A stretch of 64,000 nucleotides of DNA from Styela clava (lineage: Eukaryota), in the NCBI RefSeq assembly GCF_964204865.1, contig NC_135259.1:20212001-20276000 (forward strand), read 5' to 3'. The notes under the pieces are model-generated. The model did no database searches, was not told where the DNA came from, and was given only the letters and a program-made list of their open reading frames with translations. Both the position numbers and the translations under genes were made by a program. This document shows positions 40,006 to 54,300 of the stretch, one piece after another (within the stretch, counting starts at the first letter, position 1; each line of letters begins with the position of its first letter).

Positions 40006-40592
40006 TGTGTTTCTAAGTGACAATCAGATTAACTTGATAATTTTAGCCTGTCGTGGTAAAGAATCTGATATGTATACGTCGCCGTGCGCACCCTATTAGG
40101 TTAGAAAAGTTATTGTAGATCTCCATTTTCCTTAAAATGTAATAATTGTATAAGATCCTAAGTATGCGCACCAAGATGTCGCACAACCTGAATCCTAACC
40201 GGTACACACATACTATATTCAGGTTGTGCACCATCTTGGTGCGCATACTTCTGGAGGTCCAGATAAAAATAGTGGGACACAGTATGATAATATCGTGTTT
40301 CTAAGTGACAATCAGATTAACTTGATAATTTTGGCCTGTCGTAGTGAAGAATCGGATATGTATACGTCGCCGTGCGCACCCTATTAGGTTAGAAAAGTTA
40401 TTCTAGATCTCCATTTTCCCTAAAATGTAATAATTGTATAAGATTCATGAGTATGCGCACCAAGATGTCGCACAACCTGAATCCTAACCGGTACACACAT
40501 ACTATATTCAGGTTGTGCGCCATCTTGGTGCGCATACTTCTGGAGGTCCAGATAAAGAGAGTGGGACAGGCAATACGGCATGATAATATCGA
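40006..40592. repeat. 2 x ~289-bp tandem duplication, each copy containing a subtype-B MITE
   Basis: GTGTTTCTAAGTGACAATCAG at ~40007 and ~40295. Confidence 0.92.
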
Positions 40593-42237
40593 CTCTATAG
40601 AGCAGGGGTGGGCACATTTTCTGCCAATACTAAATTAAGTTTACCGTTTACTTGTAGCGTCAGCGCGTCATATTTAAGAGAGACTCCAATAACAATAAAA
40701 CTTTACGAAATTTGACACCGCAAAGCAGGCTAAACGTTATCATAATTTCCTGATACTTGTAATAATATTTTTTTTATAATGCCGCAACAACTCATCGCTT
40801 CTGTTGATATTTATATGTGATTGGTATTTAGATGTATTATAATGCTGGTATTGGTCCAGGTTAAAAGGCCTATAAGTAGGTTTATATATAATTGGCAAGT
40901 GCTGGCGGTATGGTATTTTGTGGTGCGCCATCAGAATATGGATTCACGCAACAAGATGTATTACATTGAACAAATAGAAGCGCCATTATAACTTCCTGCT
41001 ACTTTCAACAATATTTTGATAATGCTACGCGAGCCCATCGTCATTGCTTATGCTTCCAAGCAGTAATTGCAGTATTTGTTATTTCCCTGTCCAGTAAAAC
41101 TTCTCTCCGGAAGATAATTTTTTGATTTTAGGCAATGAATTCTACTTTGTTTTTACGCATTACTAATATTCTTTACCTATTTAATATTAATATGTAGTAC
41201 TTATTATAAGCTATTCAGGGTAGACAAAAGTCAGATTGCTCGTATCACTAGATCAGGGGTGGCCAACACGTCGACCGGTCGATCGCCATGAGTAGTCCAT
41301 CGCGTGTGACGTTGAGAAATTTGATAACATACCTCAAAAAAATGCTTTAAACCAGTTTCATGTAGCAAATGTTGTGCGTTTTAAAACAGAAATAATCCAA
41401 TACTGAGCACGCGCAAAAAATACGATATACATTTATAGTACTTTATTTTTTTCCGCACCACATATGAGTTGATATGAATTTCAGCCTTTTTTATATATTA
41501 GGTCATTTGGAACATTGAAAAAATAACATAAACCGAGTTATATGCATAACGGGGAAGAAATAAAAAGTTTCTAAATAGCTTAACGAGGAATATATAAAAA
41601 ATGGTACCGCCGAGTCATTTAGTGTTTTTGGTTGTATTATAATGCTGGAACTGATAAAGCTCAAATAGCATATACATAAACATCGATGGTTGCTTGTCAC
41701 ATATGGCACATAGCATGGCACATAGAAAACAGCGGATTTGGTCATGAAAAGCGTTAAAAGTTTTCAACGTTTCTGGTGGCGAGGAACACCAATGAAATGT
41801 TTCAGAAACTTAAGGGAACTCCTGTGCAATAGTTTAATTGTCTATATAGTTAACTGTGAGTATATATAAAAGTGAACACAATACTGGCAAAAAATGATCT
41901 TCAAAGAGTAGCAAATCTGATGCATAACAATATACCTGTAATATTCATAGACTATCAGATCGTAAGTCGATGTAATTTTCGGAAAAAGAACTCGATTATG
42001 TTTAAAAATTGCCTGAGGTCCTGGCTGGGCCGATATTTAATATGAATTTCAGCCTTTTTTTATATATTAGGTCATTACAACATTTTTCATGACATCGTAC
42101 ATAACTCTTCCATGGCATCGTGTACACTTGCATATTTTTATTTGTGTTTATTCATTTATTTAAATTTTTATCGCTAACCTTAGGAGTCTTAGGAGTGTAG
42201 TAATAAACGAATTGAATTATTTTATACAGTGCATAGC

Positions 42238-42243
42238 TATAAA
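42238..42243 (+). promoter_or_regulatory. candidate TATA box (cTATAAA) ~60 nt upstream of the ATG
   Basis: Motif and position only; AT-rich background makes chance matches common. Confidence 0.3.
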
Positions 42244-42299
42244 CTAATATAACAAACAAGTTATTGGTATAATAAAAGTGAAATACATTGAACTCAAAG

Positions 42300-42326
42300 A
42301 TGTGGAAGTTATCGGCCCTCGTGGCG
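42300..42326 (+). CDS. exon 1: start of signal peptide MWKLSALVA
   Basis: aaagATG start and GTAAGT donor. Phase 0 joins exon 2 to give the signal MWKLSALVAMLCLATTVHG. Confidence 0.8.
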
Positions 42327-45300
42327 GTAAGTTTTTTATTTATATATTGCAATTTTATCGACTTTACTTAAATTTTGTTCAAAACCTTTAATAAAATCAA
42401 TGAAGCGAGACTAGCCAGAACATAAGCCAGAATTGGTGATGCTGCCACGTCACCCTTCTTTGATTATTTGGCTCGAAAGCCTTCAATTCAATAAAACACA
42501 TTTATCTAGTAAAAACTATGGAATATGCTAACGCTATGTTGTTATGCGCATATATATAAGTATTTCAGTTTTTAAAATCCCAAGTTCTTTATTAAAAAGA
42601 GATCAATGATCAAATATAAGGACACGAAGACCAAAAAGAGTAGTATGAGTATATAATCATTCACTAATAGTATTGAGCAGTGGTTCCCAAACCGCGGCTC
42701 GCGGGCCAATTACGGCTCGCGTAACGATGTAATATGGCCCGCGAACTTAGTGAAATAGTTTAACACTCTGTGTTTTCATCGTTTTGCGTTCTATGTACAG
42801 CCAGTTGTTACGGCATTATCACAGTTTAAACACATGTTTTATCGCAACAATTCATTGATACCGGTATCTTAATTATGCGTACCGATACCGGTATCGGCAC
42901 CTTGCAGGCGCTCCTCTCTCCTGGTACGCGAATAACATTCCGCTTTTAATATTGACTCCGATCAATCAACTTTGGAAACCAAGAGTAACGGTTATTAACT
43001 GAATATAATTTTGGCCCATCGCGCTAACAAACTTAGCAATCCCATTTATTTGAATTCACATTTCTTACATAAATATTTACAGATGTTATGTCTAGCGACT
43101 ACCGTGCATGGACATTTGCAGATGACCTTTCCCCCGGCCAGGAAGTTTGCATTGGACTTCCTGGATAACGTCAGAACTCCGGCACCGTGCAGTGGAATGA
43201 CATTTACAGGTATATATCAGTAGAAGATGGTATCGAACCATAACAACACCAGGCGGCAATTGATACGCCGTCGCTCCGAAGAAGGCCCTAAATAGTTACT
43301 AGTAAAAATATAGATATGGAAAAAGAATATTTATTTGTTTTCGGATCTTTTTTACAAATCCCGCCATTTAGGCAAAAATTTGAGATTTGAGAAAAACACT
43401 CCCGCCATGCTTTGGATTAAGGAATTAGTAATTATCAAGTTGAAAATATGGATGGATTAGGAAATATTTGAAAATTTGAATTTCCATCATATTCTGTATT
43501 TCTGACCCCAACTGGATAATAAGTAATTTTCCTATTTTAAGAGGGGAGAGGGGGATTTTAGGGATAATGACACCTTAACTCAGAGCTAGCCGCTGTGCCA
43601 GCAGTCACTTATGCACTCCAAGACATTATTTTCGTCACAATTTTAACTTTCAAGGCAATCTGATCACCAGTTTCCTTTCGTCTAAGAGTCTTGTTCCTGA
43701 ACAAAGTGGCAAGAACAAATTCATATTCACAAAATTATTTCTAACTTCTATTTGTTTAAATTTCTACAGATGGAATGCCGATTACGACACTGGAAACAGG
43801 AAAAACAGTCAGAGCTACATGGCACGTCGCTTATCCACATATGGTAAACAGACTTTTATTCTTTCATTCCTAGTGTTTCAACCTTCAAACTCTTATATGC
43901 CCTTTGATAAACATTAGAAAAAAACTTTCCATTTTCATTTCTTTGGTTTGCAATCAGTGTTAAAACGGTCGGACCTTTAGTGTGTCTGGTTGCCTAGTCG
44001 TCAAAGTTTGAATTCACATCTTTTCTTTCGATTACGCTGGAAACAATTGACCAAACCATGTAGAATGCCTATTTCAGTCCGCTGTGAGTGAAATATTAAA
44101 ATATATTTGTCTATACCAGGGGGGCACAACTGAAATGACGATACGCGAAGTTTTTAAAATAATCTTGTCACTTGCCACGTTCGAATAATTGCAAAATTGT
44201 AAACGAACTTCCATAAAATACACAATAACTGACAACAGCAGCACGAGCTACCAATGTGCGAATAAACATGACAATTTAAATTTTTTTTCGGTATAAACGT
44301 CAGTTATTAAGATTATAAATACTGGAGTTACTTTTAACCAAACCGTTCGTACTCCACGTTCGAGAATACGGAGTGTGTTGTGCACCCCAAGGCTAGACGG
44401 TCTCTCACAGCTAGAGCATAATACCCATTAAGTGTGCAAGGAGTGTGCTTCCTTCAATCTTCTATGTAGTCAATGGCCACTTTGATCATGCACGATCTCG
44501 CTTGCAAAATTTAACCCCAATGCCTTGAGGTCATGGAAGCGAGATGTTCTCACAGTAATCTTTATCACAATTTCATATTGACATGGGTAGACGTGGCAAA
44601 GCGAATGAGGAATCATTTCAAATGTTAAGACATATGCTCTTTTAAAATAATATTCAAATATACAATATTCTTGGCAGAAAAGCTCTTGGATCACTCAGAA
44701 AAGCCATATTCAATCTTCCGCATTTTAATTTAATGTATGTATAATCATATTTTTAGGGCGGAATCAGATTTGAGCTTCTGAATGCTACATCCGGCGAAGT
44801 TACGGCAAGCTTGACTGGTGACGGATATCAATACACCAATGATTCAACGTAAGTTAAATTATTAATTTAAACTTTCATTTACAATTGTTTAATAATGGGA
44901 GCTCAAACGAGCGCGGACTTCCGGGTAGCAACAGTGACCTAAAGGTCCAATGTCAAAGATCACCAAATTTGCCACCAGGCATGCGGAAATGACATTTCAT
45001 GTCTAAGAATTATTTCCATAGGAGTATGATTTAGAACAGTGTTTCCCAACCTATGGGTCGGCACACAAATCTCCATCTTTTTTTTACGTGGCCCATTTTC
45101 GTTGCACAAAAATTCTTCTGGCCCATCAACCTATTTTGGGGAAAAACTACAAGCAAAAAAAATTCTACGCAAAAATGGAATTTTCCACTTTATTGGTTGA
45201 AATTAATATTCCCACTCTGTTGCAGAAAACAGCATTTTTATTCATTGCTACTACAAAATTGATTATAATAACACAAATAAAACTAGCAATTTTCAATGAG

Positions 45301-48300
45301 ACTGTGGCCAGGCTAAATGAGTTTCCATGGCCCCGCAGTGAACAATGGCCTACTTGTTGAGAACTTGCGGACTAGAGATTTATTAACATACATTCAAAAT
45401 ATCCTATACCGTATATGCTCGTTTTACCTCCCGGTCTTGATCAAGGGCCCGTTTGAATAGCCGCCCGTGTGAACAGAACATAAAAGTAAATAAGGGCCGG
45501 TGCTGTTGAATTTTAAGCGCCGGTAGATAACACTCACGCTCTAGGCGTCCAATTACGTAACAGATAGCCTTGATTACGTAACACCGTGGTTCCAAACTGG
45601 GCGTCGCGTTTCAATATTGATAGGGCGTCGCAAAACTTTTCTTCTTTTGCGGACTTGTACCTGCGGTGCGTAGCAGAAGTCAAAATTTTCGGTATTCTCG
45701 TTAAATCATACTTGAGAACTGGAAATAACAATATATATATATTAATTATTGTAACGATCGAAAATAACAAGCGCCCGGGCTTGAATAAGGGCCCGGTTAG
45801 TGAGTTGGTTAAAAAAAATATGGGCCCGTGCTACCGAGCAAATACGGTATATACCAATACTATATCAAATAGAAATCCCTCATCGAGAACGAAAAAATTC
45901 CTCCATAAGAAGGGGTACTCCCCAAAGGATTGGGAAATATGGGGCTAGAGATTTCTTTACATGTACATTCAAATTATCATTTACCTTTTCTTGCAGGAGA
46001 CTTTACCATGATCTCACGTTTGGGGCAGATCATGTTTGCGATCACTGTATCCTAAGAATAACTCGGCAAGCAGGTGAATGGACTGCTGGGGCAGATGGAT
46101 ATCTCTTTTGGAGCTGCGCTGATGTGAAAATAATGGCACCAGGTGAGGGGTTGATTTTCAAAGATTTTTTTCTCCCTAATCGGCTTAGGTATATATTGAT
46201 ATTCCTGTGTGAAGTTATTATACCCTAACCGCTCCACAGGTGAGTGAGTAGATGCCCAACGACTTTTTTTTTGGTCTTTTATGTACGGTATTTATCGTTG
46301 TTTTTGTTGAACGTGTTCATACTTTACGCTCTGAGCAAGTCTTCACATAAGCACTCATTGATACCCCTAAGAGGCTAACGCATAGGCCAGTGATTCTCAT
46401 CCTTTTTTCTATCGTGGCTCATTTTTACTGCGCAAAAATCCCGTGACCCATCAACTTTGCCATGTCACGGTAAAACTACAAGAAAAACAAATAATTTTTT
46501 CCGCAAAATAGACACTTTAAATTAAATAATTAGAACGAAAATTACCACTCTGCACCAATCAACATCAGCATCATTTATTGCAACTACAATCAAAATCTAA
46601 CTATAATGTCACAAATGAAACTAAATTTATCAATAACTTTTGCAATTTTTATTAGATTCTTGGCCCACCAAAACTGGTTCTGTGACCAAGCAGTGAGCCA
46701 TGGCCGCCTAGTTACGAACCGATGACTTGGGGCTAACGCTCTAGCCATTGCTAGGCCTCCAACCGCCTATTTGTATTTACACTCACCTTAATAATAAGAA
46801 GCGCTATCACACAATTATATTTCTTTTTTCTCGCTATGCAGGGATTGATTGCTACGACGGAAAATGCTTGAATGGAGGAACATGCAGCGACGGGACCTGC
46901 CAGTGCGTCAAAACCTACACAGGGGACAGGTACTGTGAAATCATTTTATAAAAATTTATCGACATAAAATGAATTTTGAGTCTTGAAATAGACAAACATC
47001 ATCAGGAAATGAAAACACGAACGTGTATACAGGGTGTACAAAAAATTTCGCTCGATTCTATCTATAGTGATGAGAGTTAAAAAAAAATTCATTTTTTTAT
47101 TTATATTTTTCATTGTGCTTGTAATTCTCATTTATCATACAATAAAATTTATTGAAACTTACGATTGTTATTACTATAAATTTGGGCCAAAATATTTTTC
47201 TTACACCCTGTATATATATATATATATAGTAAGGAGAATTAACACGTATATGTAATCAAAAACATGATTGTTTGATATAGTATAGTTTCAACTTGATAGA
47301 GGCCTATTTATTCAATCAGAAAATCACATACAGACGGCATATGGAATTTCATTTTGTTCATGAATAAATAGCTCTGCTTTTTGTAAAGCAATTAAGTAAA
47401 TACAAGGATTGATGGCTTTAAACAGAGTTTCCAAACTCGGGAGTTACCAACGTGAGTGAGGCTCCCACGTTGAAATGTAGAATAGCATTTCTTGTATCAT
47501 ACATATTAATTTTTGGTAGCTTTAAATGCTTTTTAGACCCTAAATGCCCTTTAAAATCCACGTTTCCGGTCTCCGACCGGATCCGCTGGCTGTTACCGTT
47601 TAACCAGGTAATTAGAAATTTCATAACCACTCGTTGAAAATTCTTGGCCATGCCACTAAACCCAATCGAGTTCACCTCCCGAACGAAAAATCGCGAGCAA
47701 TAACTTTTCCCGGTAGCAGTACTAGTATAAGATAATTGATGCATCGGGTGCCAATTCCACACACAAAAAAAAAACTGGTAACAACCGCTTTACTCTCATA
47801 CAGATGTGAGTACAAAAACGACTGTGACGATGATACAGATTGCAATAGTAACGGAGTTTGCTACGATATCCAATCCACGTATTATCCGACCAAAGTCTGC
47901 TATTGTAACGCCGGCAAAATGGGAAGATACTGCAGCAAAGGTAAGGCGTGTTCTTGTCTATAGGCGTAGCCAGGATGCCGTCTCATGAACCCCCGGACAC
48001 CTCTCCCCCCTTAACCCGCTCAAAAAACATGGATTCGGCCTAAATCCAAGTCTAAATAAGAATCTTGGGAATAAATTTAAATGATAGAACCATGTTAGCT
48101 TGAAAATATTGTTTAAAATATGCTAGTCACACTTTATATACTACGATGATTTACGCCCTTCGTTGATAAGGCTCTGCGCAAATGTAAAAATAAAAATCTT
48201 CATCATGCATAGCAATTTTTCGTAGCTTCAAACGCATTTTCGACCGTGAAGACTTTTGAAACCCCACTTTTTTTGACCGTACCCACTTGCCGTTACGATA

Positions 48301-51300
48301 TAACTTGGCGATCAGAAATTTCAGAAACCTCTCCTGATTAAATTTATTTGCTACGCCCTTGTGACGCAATAACATGATAACACCTAAAATATGATAAATT
48401 CTACTGAATATGTTTAATAGTAAAATAGCAGTTCAACAAAATAATATTTTCTCAATTTTTGTGGGCCCATGTAAGATAAGATTATTAACTATAAAACAAA
48501 ATTTGCTGGTCAGCCGAGAGGGATTATCGCATATTGTTATGTAACAACGCGATGAGATTACACGGATTGAACGTCATAAAACATGTAAAGGATTGTAAGC
48601 AAAGCAGTAACCATGGTTACATTAACCGTGGGATAATTTAGTCATGAATACTTATCCAAATATAACGAATTGTAATATATGACAATATTCACACCAAGAA
48701 TGACTTAGCGTATTTCAGTCATTATTTTTATGCCAAGTGTTAATCGATAAGTGTCCAAAGGGCGTCGCGATGTCTAAGCCCAGGGTTTTTCAAAATTTTG
48801 ATGTTTTGGAGCCCGTGAAGAGATTGACTATATTGACTATATTGACCGAAAGGTCAACCTGAGGAAAGTTTTGCTGCTTTGCATGCTATGGACTGCCATA
48901 TTATTGATAAAGTAGTGTCGAAATATAATACAAAATGGCATTATCTATAGTGCAGTGTGCAAGCATCAGAAATTGGTGGTGGGGTAATAACGGATAGTAC
49001 CGATATATTAAAGTTGCAATCGAACTCAAATTTAAATAGGAATTATCCATGACGTCACAAATTTATGAGCATTTTATTATAAGTGGTATCAATCTCTTTT
49101 GTCCACATACAATGATGTTTAAGTACCTCTTGAGCGCGCATATTTGTTGTACCAGAGGTATGCGCAGATGTTTTTTGTTGTTATTGATGACCGTTAGTAG
49201 TGACCAATACGTCATAATAGCCTGTGAAGGATGGGTACTTCTCATTGTATCGAATTTTTTGTTAATATAATAGTCCAGTGCTTACCAACCGTTTTCTACA
49301 CATCACAAGTCGTTAACCTTTAGCATTGAAAAAGCCATTTGGTGTCCTTCCTATCAAACTTACATTTACACTCTTGTCAATGGCTAATAATACTCTAGAA
49401 AAACCACTTTTTTAATGCAAAAATTATGAATGAAAACAGTCTATTTACAACAGCTAGTCCAACAGCTAGGGGTTCCCAAGTTTTATCCAGGACGACCCCA
49501 AGGACAACTTTCAAGTGTCAAGTGCGACCCCATGTCAATATATATATATTTCATGAAACTTTAGAGCTTCTTTTACTGTACTTTTGAGTTTGGTCATGTG
49601 GTGGTATTAAGTAAAATAAGCTAAAACCAAACAGTGATGTCACAATAAGCACCTACATTTTCTATAGCATAAGCATAGAGCGATGCTTACGGGCCTGTTT
49701 TACAGTAAGCCATGCTACAAACTGCTAAATTTAACATGGTTTGTCAAATCTTAGATGATTTGTGTATCCATCCTCTACCATACCTCAGCGACCCCATGAC
49801 CTGTTTGCGACCCTACCTACTTATCACTCCGACCCAATTTGGGGTCGCGACCCTTGGTTTGGGAACCCCTGAGCTAGACTATCGTGTGGTATGTGTTGTG
49901 TATGATCTTTGCTACAAGCAAATTTACTAAATTTACAACATTTGTTTTTAAATTTTCAGATTCTCCTGTAACGAACGCAGTGAAAACAGCTGAAGAGTTG
50001 ACGGGATATTACAAATCCGAGTTGTATGGAAATCCAGAGTTCAGGTCAGCTGACGCTGTCTTCAAATGTTAATTTAATTGCCCTAACTAAGATCGGGCTT
50101 TCTTATGCGACGTTTTTACGCATCATCTCCAAACAAAATTTTAAACAAAATATTTAGGACATACCCAGATGCGGGTCGCAACTTTTTCATTTGAAAAGAC
50201 GGGAAAAAATGTTTTCCTTTATCACACCTAACAATTTTTCGTATCTTTAAACGCTTTTTAGACCGTCAAAATCCTTGAAAATACACGGCGAGAATCTTAG
50301 TGGAAATTTAAGACAGAGTGGACTTGGAAATAGTTCTGCTAGCTTGTTGTTATTGTAAGAATAAAACTGACATTTATCAATTTCTACTGGATCGAGTGCT
50401 TTCACATTTTCAGCACTAAAATATTTTTTTTCCCATTTTCCGGTATTAGGAACCCTAATTTTAAACAAGTTGCGCCATCTCGCGGATTTTCTGCTAAACT
50501 AATTTTGACGAGTTGTTTGATCAATAAACGACTCATATTTATATGACAACAAAACTTTTGTTATCATCCTCTTAGCACACCCTCAGCCTTGCCCAGAGTG
50601 ATAATTCAAATTAATTATAGCATTTGGATTTAGCTCAGATTTCCGAGATTCAATTTGGCAAGTGCTTTGAAAACAACACCAAAAATCTCACAAAAACGTG
50701 CAAAAACCGTAAAAACTTTTTAAAGTGTTGAATCTATCATTTCTAAATAAAATTTACAGGGGAAACTGTTGCTTATATTTTTGACATTTTTTTTCTAGTT
50801 TATCTACTTTCTGTGTTTACTAAAAGACCCCAAAGGAACCCCTAATTATGATTCTACTAAATGGATTGAGTCATCTCGCGATTTTAAGCCAAACCAATTT
50901 TAACGAGCTTGTATTCATATAAAAAAAAGTACCTTAATTTCCATTCTCCTATGACACCAACAGCGTTATCCAGTGGTTACCACAACACTTAGGGTGTATA
51001 TATGAATAGAATACGCAATGACAAACCGTCAAGATTTCTGTTCTTTCGAATTGTATCTCCTTACATTTTGTCTGGGACGTTGCCAGGCGTTGGAATAGGA
51101 ATCCCCATCTCGTTTCGTTACTTTAAAAATGCATTTTTCTGTATCACACGTAGAAATTTTTCGTAGATTGAAACGATTTTTAGACCATAATGACCCTCTA
51201 TAAACCCAAGTTCATCCAATTCGAACTAGCAAGCTGTTACGGTTTTATATGGAAATTAGAAATTGCAGCCCTTGCTTACGAAGCTAGTAATGTTTTATCG

Positions 51301-54300
51301 TAGGTTGAAATCATTTTGGACCCTCAATACACAAACCTGCTAGCTGTTATGGTCCAACTTGCCAATTAGAAATTTTATATCATTCTATTTTTTTTTCTAT
51401 TCTATGGGCCTCAATTTCTATTCTGTTCTGAGTCCCTTAATTTACCCTCCCAGATTTTGGTTATTTTGATCAAATTGCGCCATCTCGCGGATTTTCTGCT
51501 AAACTGATTTTGACGAGATTTTCATCATTCCCCTTATTCGAAATTTGGAAAAAAAATTGTATCATGCGTAGCAATTTTGAGTAGCTTTAACGCTATTTGG
51601 CGCCCAAAGACTCTTCAAAAATCCACGTTTTCTTGCCTCTGGCCGGCCCGTTAGCTGTTTCGGTTTAACTTGGAAATTAGAAATTTCAAAACCCCCATAA
51701 AATAATTTTTTTCTTGTGGGCCCATTTGGCCCGCGTGCCGCAGGTTGCAGGACACCATTGATTGCTTGAACATGGACTTGTTCAGAGAGATAGTTAACAC
51801 TTTATTTTTTTATATCAGCATGTACTGGAAGCTCTTGGGGACCAATAAGGACGAGATCGAAGTTGTTCTGCAAGTAAAGACGAAGACCTGGGTCGCTTTA
51901 GGATGGAGACCAAACACTGTAACTGGAACATGCAGGGTAAGGCTCGATTTTTTTTAATGAGATGTTGAATTAAATGATTTGATACGATAGGATTCACATG
52001 TTTATTGGGGTGGACAGCTTAATGATATGGCGAACCACTGCATCTCATCTTGTTACCAGTCCATATCGGGTATGGGATTAGTTAGACAGTTAATTGTTTT
52101 AGGTGTATTGACTTCATGGTGGATGAACCCCCCTACGGCTGCAAAGAGCACAGCAATCCCCTCGCACATTATAAACCCAGTATGAAATTTGAACGTGCGA
52201 ACCCACGCAGGGGAATCGGATGTGCCGTGGCGACTTATTGCTTAGCACGATGTGCCACAACGCCGACTATAAACTATACATATATATATATATATATAAA
52301 GGCCACCCAAATTATATCTGAATCCGATAATCTACATTATCATATGTATATTGTTTTAATTTAATCAAACACCCATTGGGTTTGACGCTCTCATTAAACT
52401 AGCTACACTTGCTCTCTAAAGATCATTTTGTTTTGCCAGTATTAGTATTGTTTTTTATTACATGCATGTTTATAGTTAAGACAATAAATGTCAACTGAAC
52501 TATGGCACATGGATTAAGGTGTTATAATGGAGTTCCGTTGCTCCTAAACGGTTAAGAACCACTGCTCACGGCTCATTTAAAAAAAAATCCCGACAATGCC
52601 TAATGCGCTCCTTTTTTCAGAGTTTTCCTGTAACCAGTGGAACGCCAACCGGCACTCCGGAAGGATCTCCCGAGGGCACAGCAGAACCGGAAACAACTCC
52701 TGAACCGGCCTCCGAACCGGAAACAACACCGGAACCTACAACGGCGGCTGCTGGTACGGCTCTATCACGAATATGTACAGTTATTTAACTTTAGGATATT
52801 TGAACGTTACGAACCCGGAAGTAAAGCCCGGAACTATAAGAAATATTTATTCAAACTGTCTTAAAGCGCTTTTAAAAGCGGAATTGGCTGAATTCATCAA
52901 CATTTGTCTAGATGTCATAAATACAATTAAGATGTACCATATTTTGAAATGATAACCTTCAAAATAGACCATTGTCCACTGGAAAACTGTAAAAGTTCTT
53001 GTAAACGAAAAATGTGGCTTTAAATGATGTGATTCGGTGGTGTGGCGCATCGTGCCAAGCCTCAGAAATACGCTCGACGTCGCACCTTTGATTACTTTGC
53101 GTGTGTTCGCAGTTTCGAATTCAATGGGAGATAATTATGTGCGAGAGGATTGCTGGACTTCTCGCCGCCGTAGGGTGGTTCACGTAACCCGCTGATCTAT
53201 TAAGGCTTCATCCATCATAAAGACCATGCATCTAAAACAATTAGCCAGTTAATTAGTTGTTTAGCCAAACTTAGGTTCCTTTTTATGTATATATTTGGTT
53301 TGTGAATTCCTTCTTACAGTTCTTCAAGTAACCTAGTGCACAGGGGGGTACTCCCTGAAGTATGCGCACCAAGATGTCGCACTACCTGAACCCTAACTCG
53401 GTACACAACCTGAGTTCAGGTTGTGCGCCATCTTGGTGCGCATACTTCAGGAGGCCCACAGGGTTAATCAAGCCTCTGAAATATTTCAATGTTGTTCCGC
53501 TCCGTTAAAAATATTACAAACCACTGATTATTAACATCTTAGTATTATTTATACAGCTCGGAAACGTCGATCGTTGAGAAGAGTCAAAAGGGAAACTGAG
53601 GTAAGTATTGTCATCAATGATCGGATTTTTAATTGGCTCTGAGTCAGGAACTAAATAATGTCTTTGATTGGTTTTGAGTCGGGAAATAAATCAAAATGTA
53701 AACTATTTTGACCCACTTTTTTATTTTATCCTTGTATGTTATTTTTTTTGGCTGTTGGTCAAGAACTGAAATAAAGCTTAACTTTTTTGACCCCACTTCC
53801 TTAATTTCATCCAATCCGACTTATTCATTGACTTTGAACCCGTGAAATCTTCTTGTAACTTATTTTGACCCCACTTCCTTAATTTCATCTAATCATCGAG
53901 CTTGTCACTTCATAACCACTCTTCCATATCATCTATAGGTAAACATGATCAAGCAACTCTGCCTCGCTGGAAATGTCTCAGAAGCAATCGCTTGGGCCAA
54001 CAGCAATTACAACTCTGATCCAGGAGGTATATTTGCATTCAAATTTTCAGGCCTCGTTTAGAATTTATTTTTTCAAATATTTTTATTTTTGTTTTTCTTC
54101 AAGTAGCTATACAGTTTTTTGCATAATTTATTATTTATGTCCGAAAAGAGACTTGTTTTGTATAATAATCTCAAAAAAAAAAAAAACTTGCGCTCTGGGT
54201 AATGCAAGGGCAAGAGAGTCTTTACCCTTCAATAACAACTTAGTTACGCTCTAGTCTCCTAAGTAATCAATATATTATACAACTATGACAACTAACCAGA

